DNA of 64,000 nt from Porphyridium purpureum (GCA_008690995.1 VRMN01000015.1:124001-188000), one strand, 5' to 3'. Shown: positions 43,672 to 54,909, counted from the stretch's first letter. Program-made: numbers and translations. Notes: generated from the sequence alone by a model not told the origin.

Positions 43672-46473
43672 ATGGCGAGTGGGATGGCGGTGGAGGCGGG
43701 AGGGGCCGCGAATGCATTGGTAGAGGTGCCGCTGGTGACTAATTGCTTCCGCGTGGAGATCGAGCGGCCGTCGTGTTACAAGTTTCATGTGGAGCTCAAG
43801 TTTATCAAGATGGAGCCCAAGCCGTCGAGCGATGGGCGACGGCCCCCGCGCGAGCCGCCGCGTGATGGTGTTGTGGATGATCCGGACGCGCCGCTGAAAA
43901 GGGGGGTTGCGCGGAAGGTGGTGGATCGCGTCGTTGCAGACCTGTGGGGGGAGCCGAATGTCACGGCGTACGATGGCCGCGCAGTCTTGCTTGCGTTCAG
44001 GCCAATGTCGGGGGGCGAGCCGTCCGAGCACGGAAGGGAAAGCGCAGAGGGAGAGGTGGTCATTCCGGGTATGCGTTATTTGGAGCGTTATACGTACCAA
44101 ATCAAAATGACAAACGCGCTGCCGCTCGATGTTCTGCAAAAAGCAGTCAGTGATCAGGTACAGGATCGGGACCAAGCTCTGGAGCGTCTGGACGTCCTGC
44201 GCGCTCTTGAAACTATTCTGGGAGAGACGCCCAACAAAACCATGACCAAGGTGAAGGGCGCCTTTTACGCAAACGAGACGCCCGGCGATGATCAAGGCCA
44301 GTACGTCGCGCGGCGCGGGTTTTCGCAGGGTTGCCGAGTGGGAACAGACGGCATTCTTGTCGTCGTCAAGCACCGATACTCCGCGATGTACCCGGCCGTG
44401 ACATTAGACAGGTACGCGCACGGGCTCGGGCTAGACATCCAACGCGAGTGGACATCCTTTGAGATCCGCGACTTCTTGTCGAAAATCCGCAAACTTAAGA
44501 TTGAGCTCACCTATCGTGAGCAGCAGAAAGAGCTTTGCGTCGAGGGAATTTCTCATGAACCAGTAGGCCGTCTCTTCTTTCAGGATCGGGAAGGCAGGCA
44601 GATCTCCGTGATTCAGTACTTTTTCAGCCAGTACGGAATTGAGATTAGGCACCCAAATCTACCCGCTATCGATACGGCAAAGCCCGCTCCAGGTGGCGGT
44701 GGACGCGGCGGTCGCGGAGGCAGGGGTGGTCGTGGCGGCGGGCCCGGCGGAGGCGATCGACCCCGCAACGCCTGGGTGCCAATGGAGCTGGCCCAGATTT
44801 GTCTGGGGCAGAAGCTCGGCGAGCGTCAGGACAAGCGCATTCAAGGCGAGCTTTTGAGGCTCGAGAATGTCCGGCCGGACATTCGTTTTCAGATGATCCA
44901 TGACGTCTACGTCAAGTACGGTCCGGCGAGGGCTCCTGATGGTGATAGAATTGCGGCGGCAGCTGGTGTCAAGGTACTGACGGAGGACGGGTTCGTGAAA
45001 CTCGTGGGCTCCATGCTGCCCGTTCCGGAGCTTCGCTACAAGAAGGACGTGGTGGAAGCAAGGGGTGGCGACTGGAATATGCAGAGCAACTCGACACAGT
45101 TTTATGAGAGTGCGCCGCCACTAAAGTCATGGTGCATCATGGACTTGGCAGGTACGTCACAGAGTGTGATAAACGATCTGGTGTCATCGATCATGCGCAT
45201 GGCGCCAGAAAACGGTATCGATATCCAGAGGGAGCCTGACGTTGTCCCGGTTTTCGAGCTTAGCGAGCAGGCTGTGGGCAATGCCATGTCAGATATGATC
45301 GATAAGTCGGTGCAGCGAGGTGAGAGGGTGCAGATGATTGTCGTGATCAAGGCTCAAAACGATGATGTATACCGCAGTGTCAAACGCATGGGTGACTCTT
45401 TGTATGGCGAGATTACACAGGTGGTGAACTCTAGACACTTGAGAAGCCGCCTGTCGCCGTCGTACGTTTCGAACATTCTCATTCAGCTGAATGCTAAACT
45501 TGGCGGTTTGAATTTTGTGATTGATCGTTCGCTGATCTATCCGTTTGAAGAGTCGGCGATGATGGTCGGGGTCACAACGTCGGTCGGCGCCGAGTGGGCA
45601 GAGCCGCAAGATCAGCAACGTCCGCGTGGACGGTCGCAACGGCCCGGGGAGCCGGCACCCGGTGGACCCAAGGAGCAGCCCAGCGTTGTTGCGTTCACGG
45701 CCACCTATGAGCACACGCTAATGCGGTACTATGGCGTGTCTGGAATTCAAAAGGCTGGTGAGCCGTGCATCCTTGCGTTTGAGGAGCATTTTACGAAATT
45801 GCTTGCATACTACAAGGAAACGAATGGACATCTTCCCAAAACGATCGTCCTCTTTCGTGAAGGGCTGACAGAGGGCAAGTTTTCAACGATTGTCGAAGAG
45901 CGGAACGCGTTTTGGCTCGAGCGCGATTCGCTCTTTGCTGCCTGTGAGAAAGCGAAGAGCGGTTACAAGCCCAAGCTGGTGTACCTGGCGGTGACCAAGA
46001 AGCACGCCGTGCTGTTTAAGACTGACAGTTCGCAGTTTATGAATTCGCGCACGGGGAATCTGAAGCCCGGGATTGTGGTGAAAGATGTGGTAACAACGGC
46101 AGGGCGGCGAGAGTTCTTCATTGTGAGTCACGCCGGGCTGCTTGGCACTTCGCGTCCGTGCCGATACACGGTCTTGATGGACGAGGCCGGTATGACGGAC
46201 ATTCAGATCCAAAGAATGTGCTACAATCTTTGCTTTACGTGGCAACGCTGCACGCGATCCGTGTCTGTGGCGGCACCGGCAATGTACGCAATGCTCCTGG
46301 CGCAGCGCATGTTCCTGCTGGGCGCCGTGGAAGCGGAGGGCAGTGGAGCCGACGACCAAACCGAGGCGTTCCATCGCGCCCAGATGAGCGAAGCAGGAAA
46401 TGGACGAAGGCCGGCTCAGGAATGGCTTGGACGTGTGCACACATCTTTGGATGGCACTTTGTTCTTGATCTGA
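43672..46473 (+). CDS. AGO: Eukaryotic Argonaute (N-PAZ-MID-PIWI), predicted non-slicing
   Basis: VTNCFRV, AYDGR, ISVIQYF...YGIEIRHPNLP, VPMELAQI, NILIQLNAKLGGLN, SHAGLLGTSRPCRY, RCTRSVSVAAPAMYA. Confidence 0.93.
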   Translation: MASGMAVEAGGAANALVEVPLVTNCFRVEIERPSCYKFHVELKFIKMEPKPSSDGRRPPREPPRDGVVDDPDAPLKRGVARKVVDRVVADLWGEPNVTAYDGRAVLLAFRPMSGGEPSEHGRESAEGEVVIPGMRYLERYTYQIKMTNALPLDVLQKAVSDQVQDRDQALERLDVLRALETILGETPNKTMTKVKGAFYANETPGDDQGQYVARRGFSQGCRVGTDGILVVVKHRYSAMYPAVTLDRYAHGLGLDIQREWTSFEIRDFLSKIRKLKIELTYREQQKELCVEGISHEPVGRLFFQDREGRQISVIQYFFSQYGIEIRHPNLPAIDTAKPAPGGGGRGGRGGRGGRGGGPGGGDRPRNAWVPMELAQICLGQKLGERQDKRIQGELLRLENVRPDIRFQMIHDVYVKYGPARAPDGDRIAAAAGVKVLTEDGFVKLVGSMLPVPELRYKKDVVEARGGDWNMQSNSTQFYESAPPLKSWCIMDLAGTSQSVINDLVSSIMRMAPENGIDIQREPDVVPVFELSEQAVGNAMSDMIDKSVQRGERVQMIVVIKAQNDDVYRSVKRMGDSLYGEITQVVNSRHLRSRLSPSYVSNILIQLNAKLGGLNFVIDRSLIYPFEESAMMVGVTTSVGAEWAEPQDQQRPRGRSQRPGEPAPGGPKEQPSVVAFTATYEHTLMRYYGVSGIQKAGEPCILAFEEHFTKLLAYYKETNGHLPKTIVLFREGLTEGKFSTIVEERNAFWLERDSLFAACEKAKSGYKPKLVYLAVTKKHAVLFKTDSSQFMNSRTGNLKPGIVVKDVVTTAGRREFFIVSHAGLLGTSRPCRYTVLMDEAGMTDIQIQRMCYNLCFTWQRCTRSVSVAAPAMYAMLLAQRMFLLGAVEAEGSGADDQTEAFHRAQMSEAGNGRRPAQEWLGRVHTSLDGTLFLI

Positions 46474-46716
46474 AATCGTGCGGCGGTCGCACGTTTGTCG
46501 CCCTCATCTTTGCAGCACATGATCGTCACGTATTGCTTGCGTCGCCAGCGCACGTGCGTGGACGCAGAATTCATCAAGATCCATGAAACGTCGCCAGTTC
46601 TGAGTGCGACGAATACCTCCTGTAAAAAAATATATTTTGTGTCCGTTGTCCTGCTCAAGACATGTTTGCTGAGGCCAGCCGCTCTTTGGAGTTTTTCTCG
46701 CACGAGGGGCTCGGCC

Positions 46717-47601
46717 ATGTCGGATGTGAGCTGGAAGGACAAGGCGGCGCGGTGGCGCGCGATGGCGGCCGCGCGGCACACTGACTCTGCGCTGGTCATG
46801 CTCGTGCTCACGCTCGTGCTGAGCGTGGTGTTTTTCTTCGGCATTCACCAGCACGCCACAGAGCTCAGCATGCAGCAGTGGGTCGCGCTGGAAAGCGGCA
46901 TGCTCACGTTTGGAGGCAACATCACGCTTTATGTGCAGGATGCGCGGCTACCGGTTGTGAGTGCGGCGGGCGCGCAGACGACGGATGAGAACGATACTCT
47001 TGTGTCGCGATCGGCAGCACGCGCACATCGGCTCAAAACCTGGCGCAACGCGGAGGCCGAGAATCGGAGCAGCTCGACACAAGCACAGGGAGCCAACGTT
47101 CCGTCACATCGACAGGACACTTATGGATACTCACTGTTGCACACGCTGTCCTCGGAGCAGTGGGCCGCAGTGGCACGCGAAGTTGATCTTGTCGCACTCG
47201 TCTACGGCGATGGCGTGCGCATTGACGAGAGCCTGGTGCGGCAAATGCACGCCTTACTCCGCTCCAGTCCCGTACGAGGCTTTGGTATTGTTATGTTTCC
47301 GTGTGGCTGCGCGTTGTCAAACGCCTACTTTGAGTCGGTGCCAATACGCATGGCCGGTGCGGCAGAGTGCTTCTTTCTGCCTGGCTTTGTGCTCGAGCAC
47401 GAGTTTGTGTTCTGGGCTTTCGATTCAATCAGCACCCAGGATGGCGACGACAATGATGCGGCTTCGTGTTTATATGATCCCTCCATGTTTAACTCGTTTA
47501 ATTATGGCGCGCACGCAGACGATATTACAGCACTCCGGAATGAACATGTCCCAGTACTCAAGGCGAGCCTTGAGAGTCAGCTCAAAGAGAGGGACGAGTA
47601 A
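46717..47601 (+). CDS. Hypothetical type II membrane protein
   Basis: ORF of 294 aa from MSDVSWK with TM ALVMLVLTLVLSVVFFFGI. Confidence 0.65.
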   Translation: MSDVSWKDKAARWRAMAAARHTDSALVMLVLTLVLSVVFFFGIHQHATELSMQQWVALESGMLTFGGNITLYVQDARLPVVSAAGAQTTDENDTLVSRSAARAHRLKTWRNAEAENRSSSTQAQGANVPSHRQDTYGYSLLHTLSSEQWAAVAREVDLVALVYGDGVRIDESLVRQMHALLRSSPVRGFGIVMFPCGCALSNAYFESVPIRMAGAAECFFLPGFVLEHEFVFWAFDSISTQDGDDNDAASCLYDPSMFNSFNYGAHADDITALRNEHVPVLKASLESQLKERDE

Positions 47602-47711
47602 GCCGTACCCCTGTCTGCAGTCACATAGATGGCTTGATGATTGACGCGTGCGGCGTCTGGAACTCTGTATGTGAGATCATGTGAGAGCTGTACCATCTCG
47701 GTACCGTTTCA

Positions 47712-49013
47712 TCATTCTCGAAGGGCTTGATCCAAAATCTGCTTAAGACGCAGGCGATGCTGCGCTTCGAGCGCGGCTAGCTCAGACTGATACGCGTTCA
47801 TTTCGGACCACACTTCCGCGAGGATAAGACCTACATCGTTGCGACTGCCCGATATCGGAGAGTCGGGCACTCTTGGGACGGCAGCCTCCTGGTAAGGTGC
47901 CGGTGGCGGAACGGCAGAGCGAGCCGATTGACCTGCACTGTCCCTGGCTGGTTGAGCAGGTGGCGGCGGGGCGCTGAGGCCGCTAAAGTAGTCGTACACG
48001 TTGCGATGGTGCGAATTCGGATCGACGGCGCGGCGCCGATCCTGATACGCGGACATTTCTTTCCTCATGATTTCGTATGTCTCCTCCACAGAGGTATCGG
48101 CGTCATTGATGCGACGAATTGAGTCTCTCGAGAAAAAGCCCGCAGGCTTGCCAAGATCTCGGTGCTGCACGTTCTCCTCGTACACTTCATCGCGGTCGAC
48201 GTACTCTTGAGGATTTTGCTCAGCACGCTGCGTCATCTCTCGCTCAATGCGACCAGAAACAGAGCCCTTGGTCGCTCGTACGTTGCGCCCGCCGGTCAGG
48301 TCCGACACACCAACCGAGTCTTTAAATACATCACCCGTTTTGTGCTGCGGTGGCGATGGCTGGGACTCGGACTTGGGCTCAGCGTGTTGCACCGGCTCCG
48401 GAATAGGTTGAGGCATCTGCTGTTTTAGCTCCTGCTGCTTTCGTGCTTCTGCAAATGCCGCGCGCACTCGTGCCTCATACTCTTCCTTTGCGGTAGCCTC
48501 TCGCTGCCTCTCGAGTTGGCGTTCTTTGGCCGCGACGCGCAGCGCACTTTCCTTCTCCAGCAGCATTTTTTCGTGCGCTTCTTGGCTCAGCTGCTCCTCC
48601 TCGTCCTCCTCTTCAAACTCGTCATCTTCTTCGTCCACAATGCCCTTCATCATGCTTTCAAAGTATGAATCTGTGGGGTCTTCATCAGGCTTGATTCTTG
48701 TCGCCGAGCGCCCATTGCGTGCACGTCGCGCACGATCTACGCGCTCTTTGACCTCAGCAATGATCATCTGCACCTCCTTGAAGTCCTTGGCGTTCGAAAT
48801 GCGCCTGTAGTCTTCCGGCGTCGCGCCCGGCACAACAACCTGGAATCCCATGTGCCGCACCACACTGACGCGTGCCGTACTCCGACCAGCGCGACTGCCA
48901 CGAGCAAACGACGCCGCATACCTACCGCCGCTCCCCAGCACGGACGCACGCCGGGCACTTCCCGACCACGGACATCCGGTAACACCCACAAACGCCACCA
49001 CGTTGGCGTCCAT
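47712..49013 (-). CDS. Hypothetical coiled-coil protein, putatively plastid-targeted
   Basis: MDANVVAFVG followed by a Ser/Arg-rich transit-peptide-like segment and an acidic/coiled-coil body. Start chosen from the motif. Confidence 0.7.
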   Translation of the reverse strand: MDANVVAFVGVTGCPWSGSARRASVLGSGGRYAASFARGSRAGRSTARVSVVRHMGFQVVVPGATPEDYRRISNAKDFKEVQMIIAEVKERVDRARRARNGRSATRIKPDEDPTDSYFESMMKGIVDEEDDEFEEEDEEEQLSQEAHEKMLLEKESALRVAAKERQLERQREATAKEEYEARVRAAFAEARKQQELKQQMPQPIPEPVQHAEPKSESQPSPPQHKTGDVFKDSVGVSDLTGGRNVRATKGSVSGRIEREMTQRAEQNPQEYVDRDEVYEENVQHRDLGKPAGFFSRDSIRRINDADTSVEETYEIMRKEMSAYQDRRRAVDPNSHHRNVYDYFSGLSAPPPPAQPARDSAGQSARSAVPPPAPYQEAAVPRVPDSPISGSRNDVGLILAEVWSEMNAYQSELAALEAQHRLRLKQILDQALRE

Positions 49014-49537
49014 TTCGTCCTTCACCATGCCGGTCCCAACCGCCGCGTCTCTCTGAGCGATCTCTGTCGTGAATGCCAACGGCGCGCCCACGTCCCCGAC
49101 CGCGTCTCCGCTCCGCTCTCCCCTCGTTGTTCGACCCCTTGTGACCTTCACCACTCCGTCCACCTTCCCCGACCGCCGCCCCTTCCGAAATCTGCTCGTC
49201 ATTTTCTCACCCGACTCACTTTCCGAATTCTTCCTAGTAAACAAAGCCAATTTACTATGAAATAACTGTACCTCCGTCGTGCCTTGCCGAATTCTCCGGG
49301 TTGGTTGTTGGCCGCGTGCGAGTGCCAGGAGGCTTCCCGCGTCTAGTGGCAGGCTGCAACCACCTGCGTGACATCCGCTTGCCGTCTCGACCCTTTCGCA
49401 GACACGCACAGCACTCGCACGCCTATCTCGGGAATACGACGCGCCACAGGACGCACGCAACAGGCCGTGACTCCGCAGGCCGACGCACGTTCCACACCCA
49501 TCATCTCTTGGCGTCCGCCTCCCGTCCAGTCCGCCTG

Positions 49538-49865
49538 TACTGGTTTACTGGTTTACTGGTTTACTGGATTACTGGATTACTGGATTACTGGTCTACTGGA
49601 TTACTGGATTACTGGTTTACTGGTTTACTGGTTTACTGGTTTACTGGATTACTGGTTTACTGGTTTACTGGTTTACTGGTTTACTGGTTTACTGGTTTAC
49701 TGGTCTACTGGTTTACTGGTCTACTGGTTTACTGGTTTACTGGTTTACTGGTTTACTGGTCTACTGGTCTACTGGATTACTGGTTTACTGGTCTACTGGT
49801 TTACTGGTTTACTGGTTTACTGGTCTACTGGTCTACTGGTTTACTGGTTTACTGGTTTACTGGTT
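49538..49865. repeat. Octamer satellite (TACTGGTT/TACTGGAT/TACTGGTC), about 41 copies, in a divergent intergenic region
   Basis: Read directly; 328 bp. Confidence 0.97.
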
Positions 49866-49978
49866 GACAGGTGGAAGGAGTCGATTAGACGAAGAAGCGA
49901 TGGGGGAGAAGCGGGAGGTGTGGGAGTGCGGTGAAGAGGTGTGGAAATATCTGGTGGAAGCTTTGCGTGGGAGAGAAG

Positions 49979-50368
49979 ATGGATCTCATGGTGCTGAGGC
50001 AGCGCGGCGGAGCGTTTGTAGGGTTGCAGCATGGCGGAGTAACGTTCGGGTGTCATGCTGGTCGGGGTGGAGGCGTGCGGGCAGTGCGATCGCTGCACCG
50101 GCAGCAACTCGGGGTGAGGACAAAGGAGCACGGCCGCGCGAGATTGGTGATGAGCAACGGCCCGCCGATTAACTTGCCGTCTGGTGTTCTGCTCATGTTC
50201 TCCTCCGTGCTGGCCATTGCGAGCGTCGGGTCCGTGTTCGAGCTATCTTCTGGCCACCCGCAATATGGCACGCCCGTGACCGCCGCGATTCTGGCCGCCT
50301 CGTTCCCGGGTTTTCTCTTCATGTTTTGGGCTACGCTCCAGAAGGGTAAGGCCGAGGAGTCCGAGTGA
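49979..50368 (+). CDS. Small two-TM protein, putatively plastid/thylakoid
   Basis: GAFVG transit-like N-terminus, two hydrophobic helices flanking FELSSGHPQYG, and a charged tail. Confidence 0.7.
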   Translation: MDLMVLRQRGGAFVGLQHGGVTFGCHAGRGGGVRAVRSLHRQQLGVRTKEHGRARLVMSNGPPINLPSGVLLMFSSVLAIASVGSVFELSSGHPQYGTPVTAAILAASFPGFLFMFWATLQKGKAEESE

Positions 50369-50480
50369 GCACGTGCACACGTGTCTTCCGTGTAGATGTT
50401 GCTTTCGTTTATCAGTAGACTTAGAGTAGCTCGCTACGTATCATCGCGCAAATCGACAAGGGGCCCCGGCGTCGGGGCGT

Positions 50481-51542
50481 TTAATGCCACTTTGTGTTCC
50501 ACTCTGAAACGGCAATGAGCGCGTTGTACTCCTGCGCAAGTGCGTCAACGGCCACGTCGAGCTCAAACAGCAGCGCTGCGAAGCTCTTCTCCTTGGCTTC
50601 CTGTGCTGCTGTACAGCGGTCCAGCACCGTTTCTCTCAACTTTTGGACCGCGGAGGTCGATGGCAAGGAGCGAGAGGCAGGCGTCAAAGACGCCTCCAGC
50701 TCGTCCAGCTGATCCCGAAGAAGCGCTGGACTGGTCATTCCATCACCAGCTGAAGTTGAAACACGTGCCTCCTTCGCGGCTTCTCGCCGAACCGACGCCC
50801 GCCGCTGTATGAGTCGGTCCAGCTTTTGTCGCATGGGCCGCGATTCTGCCATTTTGGCCTCACGGTCCATGCGCATCCCTGCCACCACAGCTGGGCGCAG
50901 AGGCTCTCGCAGCCAGCTTCCAATCGAAGCCTGTGCGTTGATTCGGGTCCACCACGGCACGATCACTTTTTTATGCATCACCATAGCACCAAAGATGGTA
51001 TACATGAGTGTCAAAAACCCCGCGACTGCACCAACGGCCTCGCCAAACACTTGCCTCTTGACCACGTCGTAGAGCACGAGCCACACAAATGCCACAAGAG
51101 CAGTCAGGCCCCACAACCACTGAAGAGACTTTAGCAGATGAGTCAATGCTCGAAAGCTACTTTGCACCCGGTCATTCGGTTGCACGAGGACCTCCGACTC
51201 CCCCACGCTCTGTCCATCACCATTCGACGACGACTCTGCGACGCGCGCCGGACTTGGAACAGATGGGCTGCTGTTCGCCTTGGCACCTACAAACCCTATC
51301 AGCTCGTGCAAGAAGAAAGCACTAAACACAAACTGCAAGCCGCCCAGAACCAGCACTGCCGGCACCGTGCACCCTGATGCCAACGGCCATCCAAGCCTTC
51401 GCACGAAGCCGATTTCAATGTCAATGCCTTCCGTAGCTGAGCCCGGTTTCGCCGTGCCCAACACGTACGCCAGTCCTAGCACCAACGATACACCGAGTAC
51501 ACACAGCACGCCGCCAGCGATCATGCGCACTTTCGGCGACAT
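50481..51542 (-). CDS. Hypothetical four-TM protein with C-terminal coiled coil
   Basis: ORF of 353 aa from MSPKVR with four hydrophobic segments. Confidence 0.7.
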   Translation of the reverse strand: MSPKVRMIAGGVLCVLGVSLVLGLAYVLGTAKPGSATEGIDIEIGFVRRLGWPLASGCTVPAVLVLGGLQFVFSAFFLHELIGFVGAKANSSPSVPSPARVAESSSNGDGQSVGESEVLVQPNDRVQSSFRALTHLLKSLQWLWGLTALVAFVWLVLYDVVKRQVFGEAVGAVAGFLTLMYTIFGAMVMHKKVIVPWWTRINAQASIGSWLREPLRPAVVAGMRMDREAKMAESRPMRQKLDRLIQRRASVRREAAKEARVSTSAGDGMTSPALLRDQLDELEASLTPASRSLPSTSAVQKLRETVLDRCTAAQEAKEKSFAALLFELDVAVDALAQEYNALIAVSEWNTKWH

Positions 51543-53154
51543 CGCCGCCGGCTTTCTCCGCTGCAGCCGTACCAACAGGACGATACGTTCCTCTCTTCCC
51601 CGGAGCTCTCGTCACGTTCCATCTTCAAATCCTTCTGGCCGTTAACATTTGGCGATGCGGAGACTTGCGGGGCGCTGCTCACGTGAGGCTGCAGAATCCG
51701 TGATGACGAGATTGATGAGCATGGCAACGTCGTGTGCAAGTGCGCACTGAATGCGTCCAGGTAGAGATGGATTGCTGCAAACAGGTTACGTGATGATATT
51801 TGGGTCGGACATGAAAGTTCCGTGCTCGTTTTATTTTGGAGGCTACCCGACGGACGCCCCTTTGAACGGTGATGGGCTCTTTGCCTTGCCCAAGGTGGTC
51901 GCCATCATTATATCTTAACACGACTCTCCCGCGTGTAATGTTATCAGTCCGCATCACTATTTGAAGCGGCAAAGGATGCTGCACATCGCCGGCAGGATAG
52001 GTATTGTCCGCACAGAGACGCGCGAAGTTCATGCTTGAGAGCCTGTTCGCATCTCAACAGACACCTTCTTATCGAACCAATACTTAACATCCGAGTCTGT
52101 GCATCTGCTTCCGTGCACCATCAGCATTTCTTCAGGGAGAAGCTTTCTGCTGTGCTGCGAACTGAACGCCTACCGGCAAAGAACACGAATGTGCCTTCAA
52201 CTCGGACGGCTCTGTTGCCGCCAGCCTGTCTCGTTGTGGTACCAAAATCTTCATCCAAAGACTACAAGGAAAAAGAGACACAATCGCACGCCATCGTCTC
52301 GCCTGGCCAACGGCTCTGGCAAGGCCTGCTGTCATCGCCCTTTCGCGTCAGGAAGCACGAGAAAGCACTACGGACGTGCCCTACTGCTTCTTCTGTGCGG
52401 TGGCACGAAGTAGGGGTATTGCCGGGCAGTCCTGGGGTCACATGAGTCCTAGGATTGAAAGATTTGCAAGCCACATACCCATCACGTGCATTGCACATGC
52501 GCAGCTGCCCGACAGTCACTTGTATCTAGTCCTGGACGGAACTGGCGCGGCAAAAATAGCAGTTGGCACCTAGACACATTCGCTCGGCCCTTCAAATGTA
52601 CCATGCTGATAAAGGCACATCACGCCGCCATGCTCAAACTGAATATTATCCTGAAGTCCAATGTCGAGCATCCATATTCACTTTGCATCACTGTGAGCCT
52701 TCTTCACGTGGGTCGCGGGCGAAACGCTCGTGCCATGAGCCGACGTAAACACGGGCCATACTGGATCTTCGCGTTATGGAGCAGTGACGACGTTCCTCTA
52801 GCCGAATCTAATCTGTCCGTTTCCTTTGCACAGTCAAAGCTCGCAGGCACGGAAAGAAGACATGTTGTAGGTCCTGGTCGTCGCTGGTGGCGACATCTGT
52901 GGAAACCCTGCTCGTCGGCTGGGCCCGGCTCAACCCGGTGTGTCGTCACTCAGCACCCATTTTCTCAGGAGCTCATTGCTCGGGCAGGAATTCACTCACA
53001 AGTCTCCGGACCGAAGTCTGGCACGTAACTGGCAAACCAGTCGTACATCAACGCCGATGCTATGTCCCGCCAGATATGCTCGTGATGCAGCTTGTCGCCG
53101 CGATAGTACGCAACGGCAACGTAGCGGCCTCCAACGTACGCTCCAGTTGGCAGA

Positions 53155-54909
53155 TTGCCAGGAGCCACCCAGGCCAATTTCGCGGGAGTGCCAGAAGCAC
53201 GTTTCCCGTTCGTGGTCCGAAATTGGCATGCGAGAAGCAAGAGTGCGAGAAGGCGTGAGAGGATGATCGGTGACGTACCTGTTTCTCGTGCTGCTGCGAG
53301 TGCTGCGGATGTGGACCGCACAATACAGCGCCAGATGCCGCGCGCGCGGAGGAGACGGCGAGCTGATGGGACGTGTATGTGTCATATTTGGGTTTGGACG
53401 ATGTGCTGGATGGTCTATCGATTCGCGCATACTCGCTCGCGCGACAGCGCGACGAGCGAAACGTGCTCTGGGTTATACGTGCAGGGTGGTGGCTTTCTGT
53501 TGGTAGAGGCAGCGCCAGTGAAGAGCGCGGAGGATGGAGCTAGCCCGGGTCTTATCGGGCGGGTTGGCCACGGCGCGCATCGATTGTCCTCTGGCCACAG
53601 CGGAGTGATGGATGCGGCTGGAGCTGGACAAAAGCCGAAGGACTTTAGGTCGGTGAAGGAGGCGGATTTGGATACAGTGGACAAGGAGAGCAGTGTTCGC
53701 GGTGATGGTGTTGATGATGTCACCATGGAAGACAAAGACACGGCAGTGAATGGGATGAATCTGAATGCCGACGAGATTGATCGCGGCTCGCTGGAAGCGC
53801 TGGTGACTGTGCTCGAAGCCCAAGTCCACCCATACAGCGCTCGCACAGCAGTGCTTGAAGCGCAGCTTGCGTCGCTGAGGGCCGAATTGGAGCAAGTACA
53901 AAATCGCACGGAACAGATGAGCAAGGAATTGAATTCGCAATCAAGTAGAATGGCTGTCTCTGCGAATGCGGTTATCACACTTCAGGATCAGTTGAACGAA
54001 ACACTACAGAATCTCGAGGATACAGTCGAGTTCAACGCCCATGTGCGCCGCACTTTGGAAGCTAAAGGCTTTGATTTGTGGCTTGACCGCCACCTGAGAA
54101 AGAAAGTACCGAGATCAGCGTTTGCGTTGATCCACAAATCCAAGACAGTGGCAGAGAAGTACCTGAACTCTGAAGCAAAGGTATTGAAGAAAGCGACGGA
54201 CTCGAGTGCTCTGCTCGCGCGCTCTGATCCGTTTTTCCGTGTCATGTTGCAGGCATCTTTTATCGTGGTGCAGCTTGTTGTGATCGGTGCAGTGCTTGTG
54301 CGCGTGCTGCCATTGTCATTTTCAACCCTGACACGAAGCAGTTCATCTCGCCGCATATCAGTTCAAATGGCCAAGTTGTACGGTGCCATGTGGTTTGCGT
54401 TGCAGAGCTTTGGATGCCTAGTTGGATCCATTTTAGCGCGTTGTGATTTCCTCACTTTATGGTTTGAGCTGCATTCGTCCATATTTTTTGTCTTTTTGAT
54501 TATTCTCGCGCCGATCTACATTTCTTTCTTCAGCGTGTGCGTGATGAGCGCGTCTCGAGAAAGCAGGCGCGTGAACGGTGCTGTACAGGCCGCAGCGGTA
54601 TTTCTCATTGGTGCACATTTTTATCAAGGCGTATGGATACGCGCCGTACTCGATCTGCAACCGACAATCGATCCGTCTGCGTACGTCATCTATCTGGCCC
54701 TGTTTGCTCTGATCACCAAGGATCACTGCCTCTCGCTTCGCATCGATCCCTGGATGCTTGTGTCCGAGCCCTGGTCTGCTTTGGGATGGAATTCGAGCTC
54801 AACTGCAAAAGAGAGCCCGGCCATGAGCGATCCGGGCACGCTACCAGTGACAAAGACCACAGCAAGCAAGAGCAAGGTACGCCGTTCAAAGCCAATAGAA
54901 ACATTCTGA
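53155..54909 (+). CDS. Hypothetical coiled-coil plus multi-TM membrane protein (true start uncertain, probably downstream)
   Basis: Long ORF with a heptad region (LEAQLASLRAELEQVQNR) followed by about five hydrophobic helices. Confidence 0.7.
   Translation: MPGATQANFAGVPEARFPFVVRNWHARSKSARRRERMIGDVPVSRAAASAADVDRTIQRQMPRARRRRRADGTCMCHIWVWTMCWMVYRFAHTRSRDSATSETCSGLYVQGGGFLLVEAAPVKSAEDGASPGLIGRVGHGAHRLSSGHSGVMDAAGAGQKPKDFRSVKEADLDTVDKESSVRGDGVDDVTMEDKDTAVNGMNLNADEIDRGSLEALVTVLEAQVHPYSARTAVLEAQLASLRAELEQVQNRTEQMSKELNSQSSRMAVSANAVITLQDQLNETLQNLEDTVEFNAHVRRTLEAKGFDLWLDRHLRKKVPRSAFALIHKSKTVAEKYLNSEAKVLKKATDSSALLARSDPFFRVMLQASFIVVQLVVIGAVLVRVLPLSFSTLTRSSSSRRISVQMAKLYGAMWFALQSFGCLVGSILARCDFLTLWFELHSSIFFVFLIILAPIYISFFSVCVMSASRESRRVNGAVQAAAVFLIGAHFYQGVWIRAVLDLQPTIDPSAYVIYLALFALITKDHCLSLRIDPWMLVSEPWSALGWNSSSTAKESPAMSDPGTLPVTKTTASKSKVRRSKPIETF

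Noticed and set aside
49301..49934. ORFs with WFTGLLVY repeats
   Set aside because: These are translations of the stop-free octamer satellite.
51620..53150. 1.5-kb gap with short ORFs and a TGATGA...CTGA pair near 51701-51750 (C/D snoRNA?)
   Set aside because: The box spacing is short, and no terminal stem or rRNA guide was recognised. The ORFs are unrecognisable.
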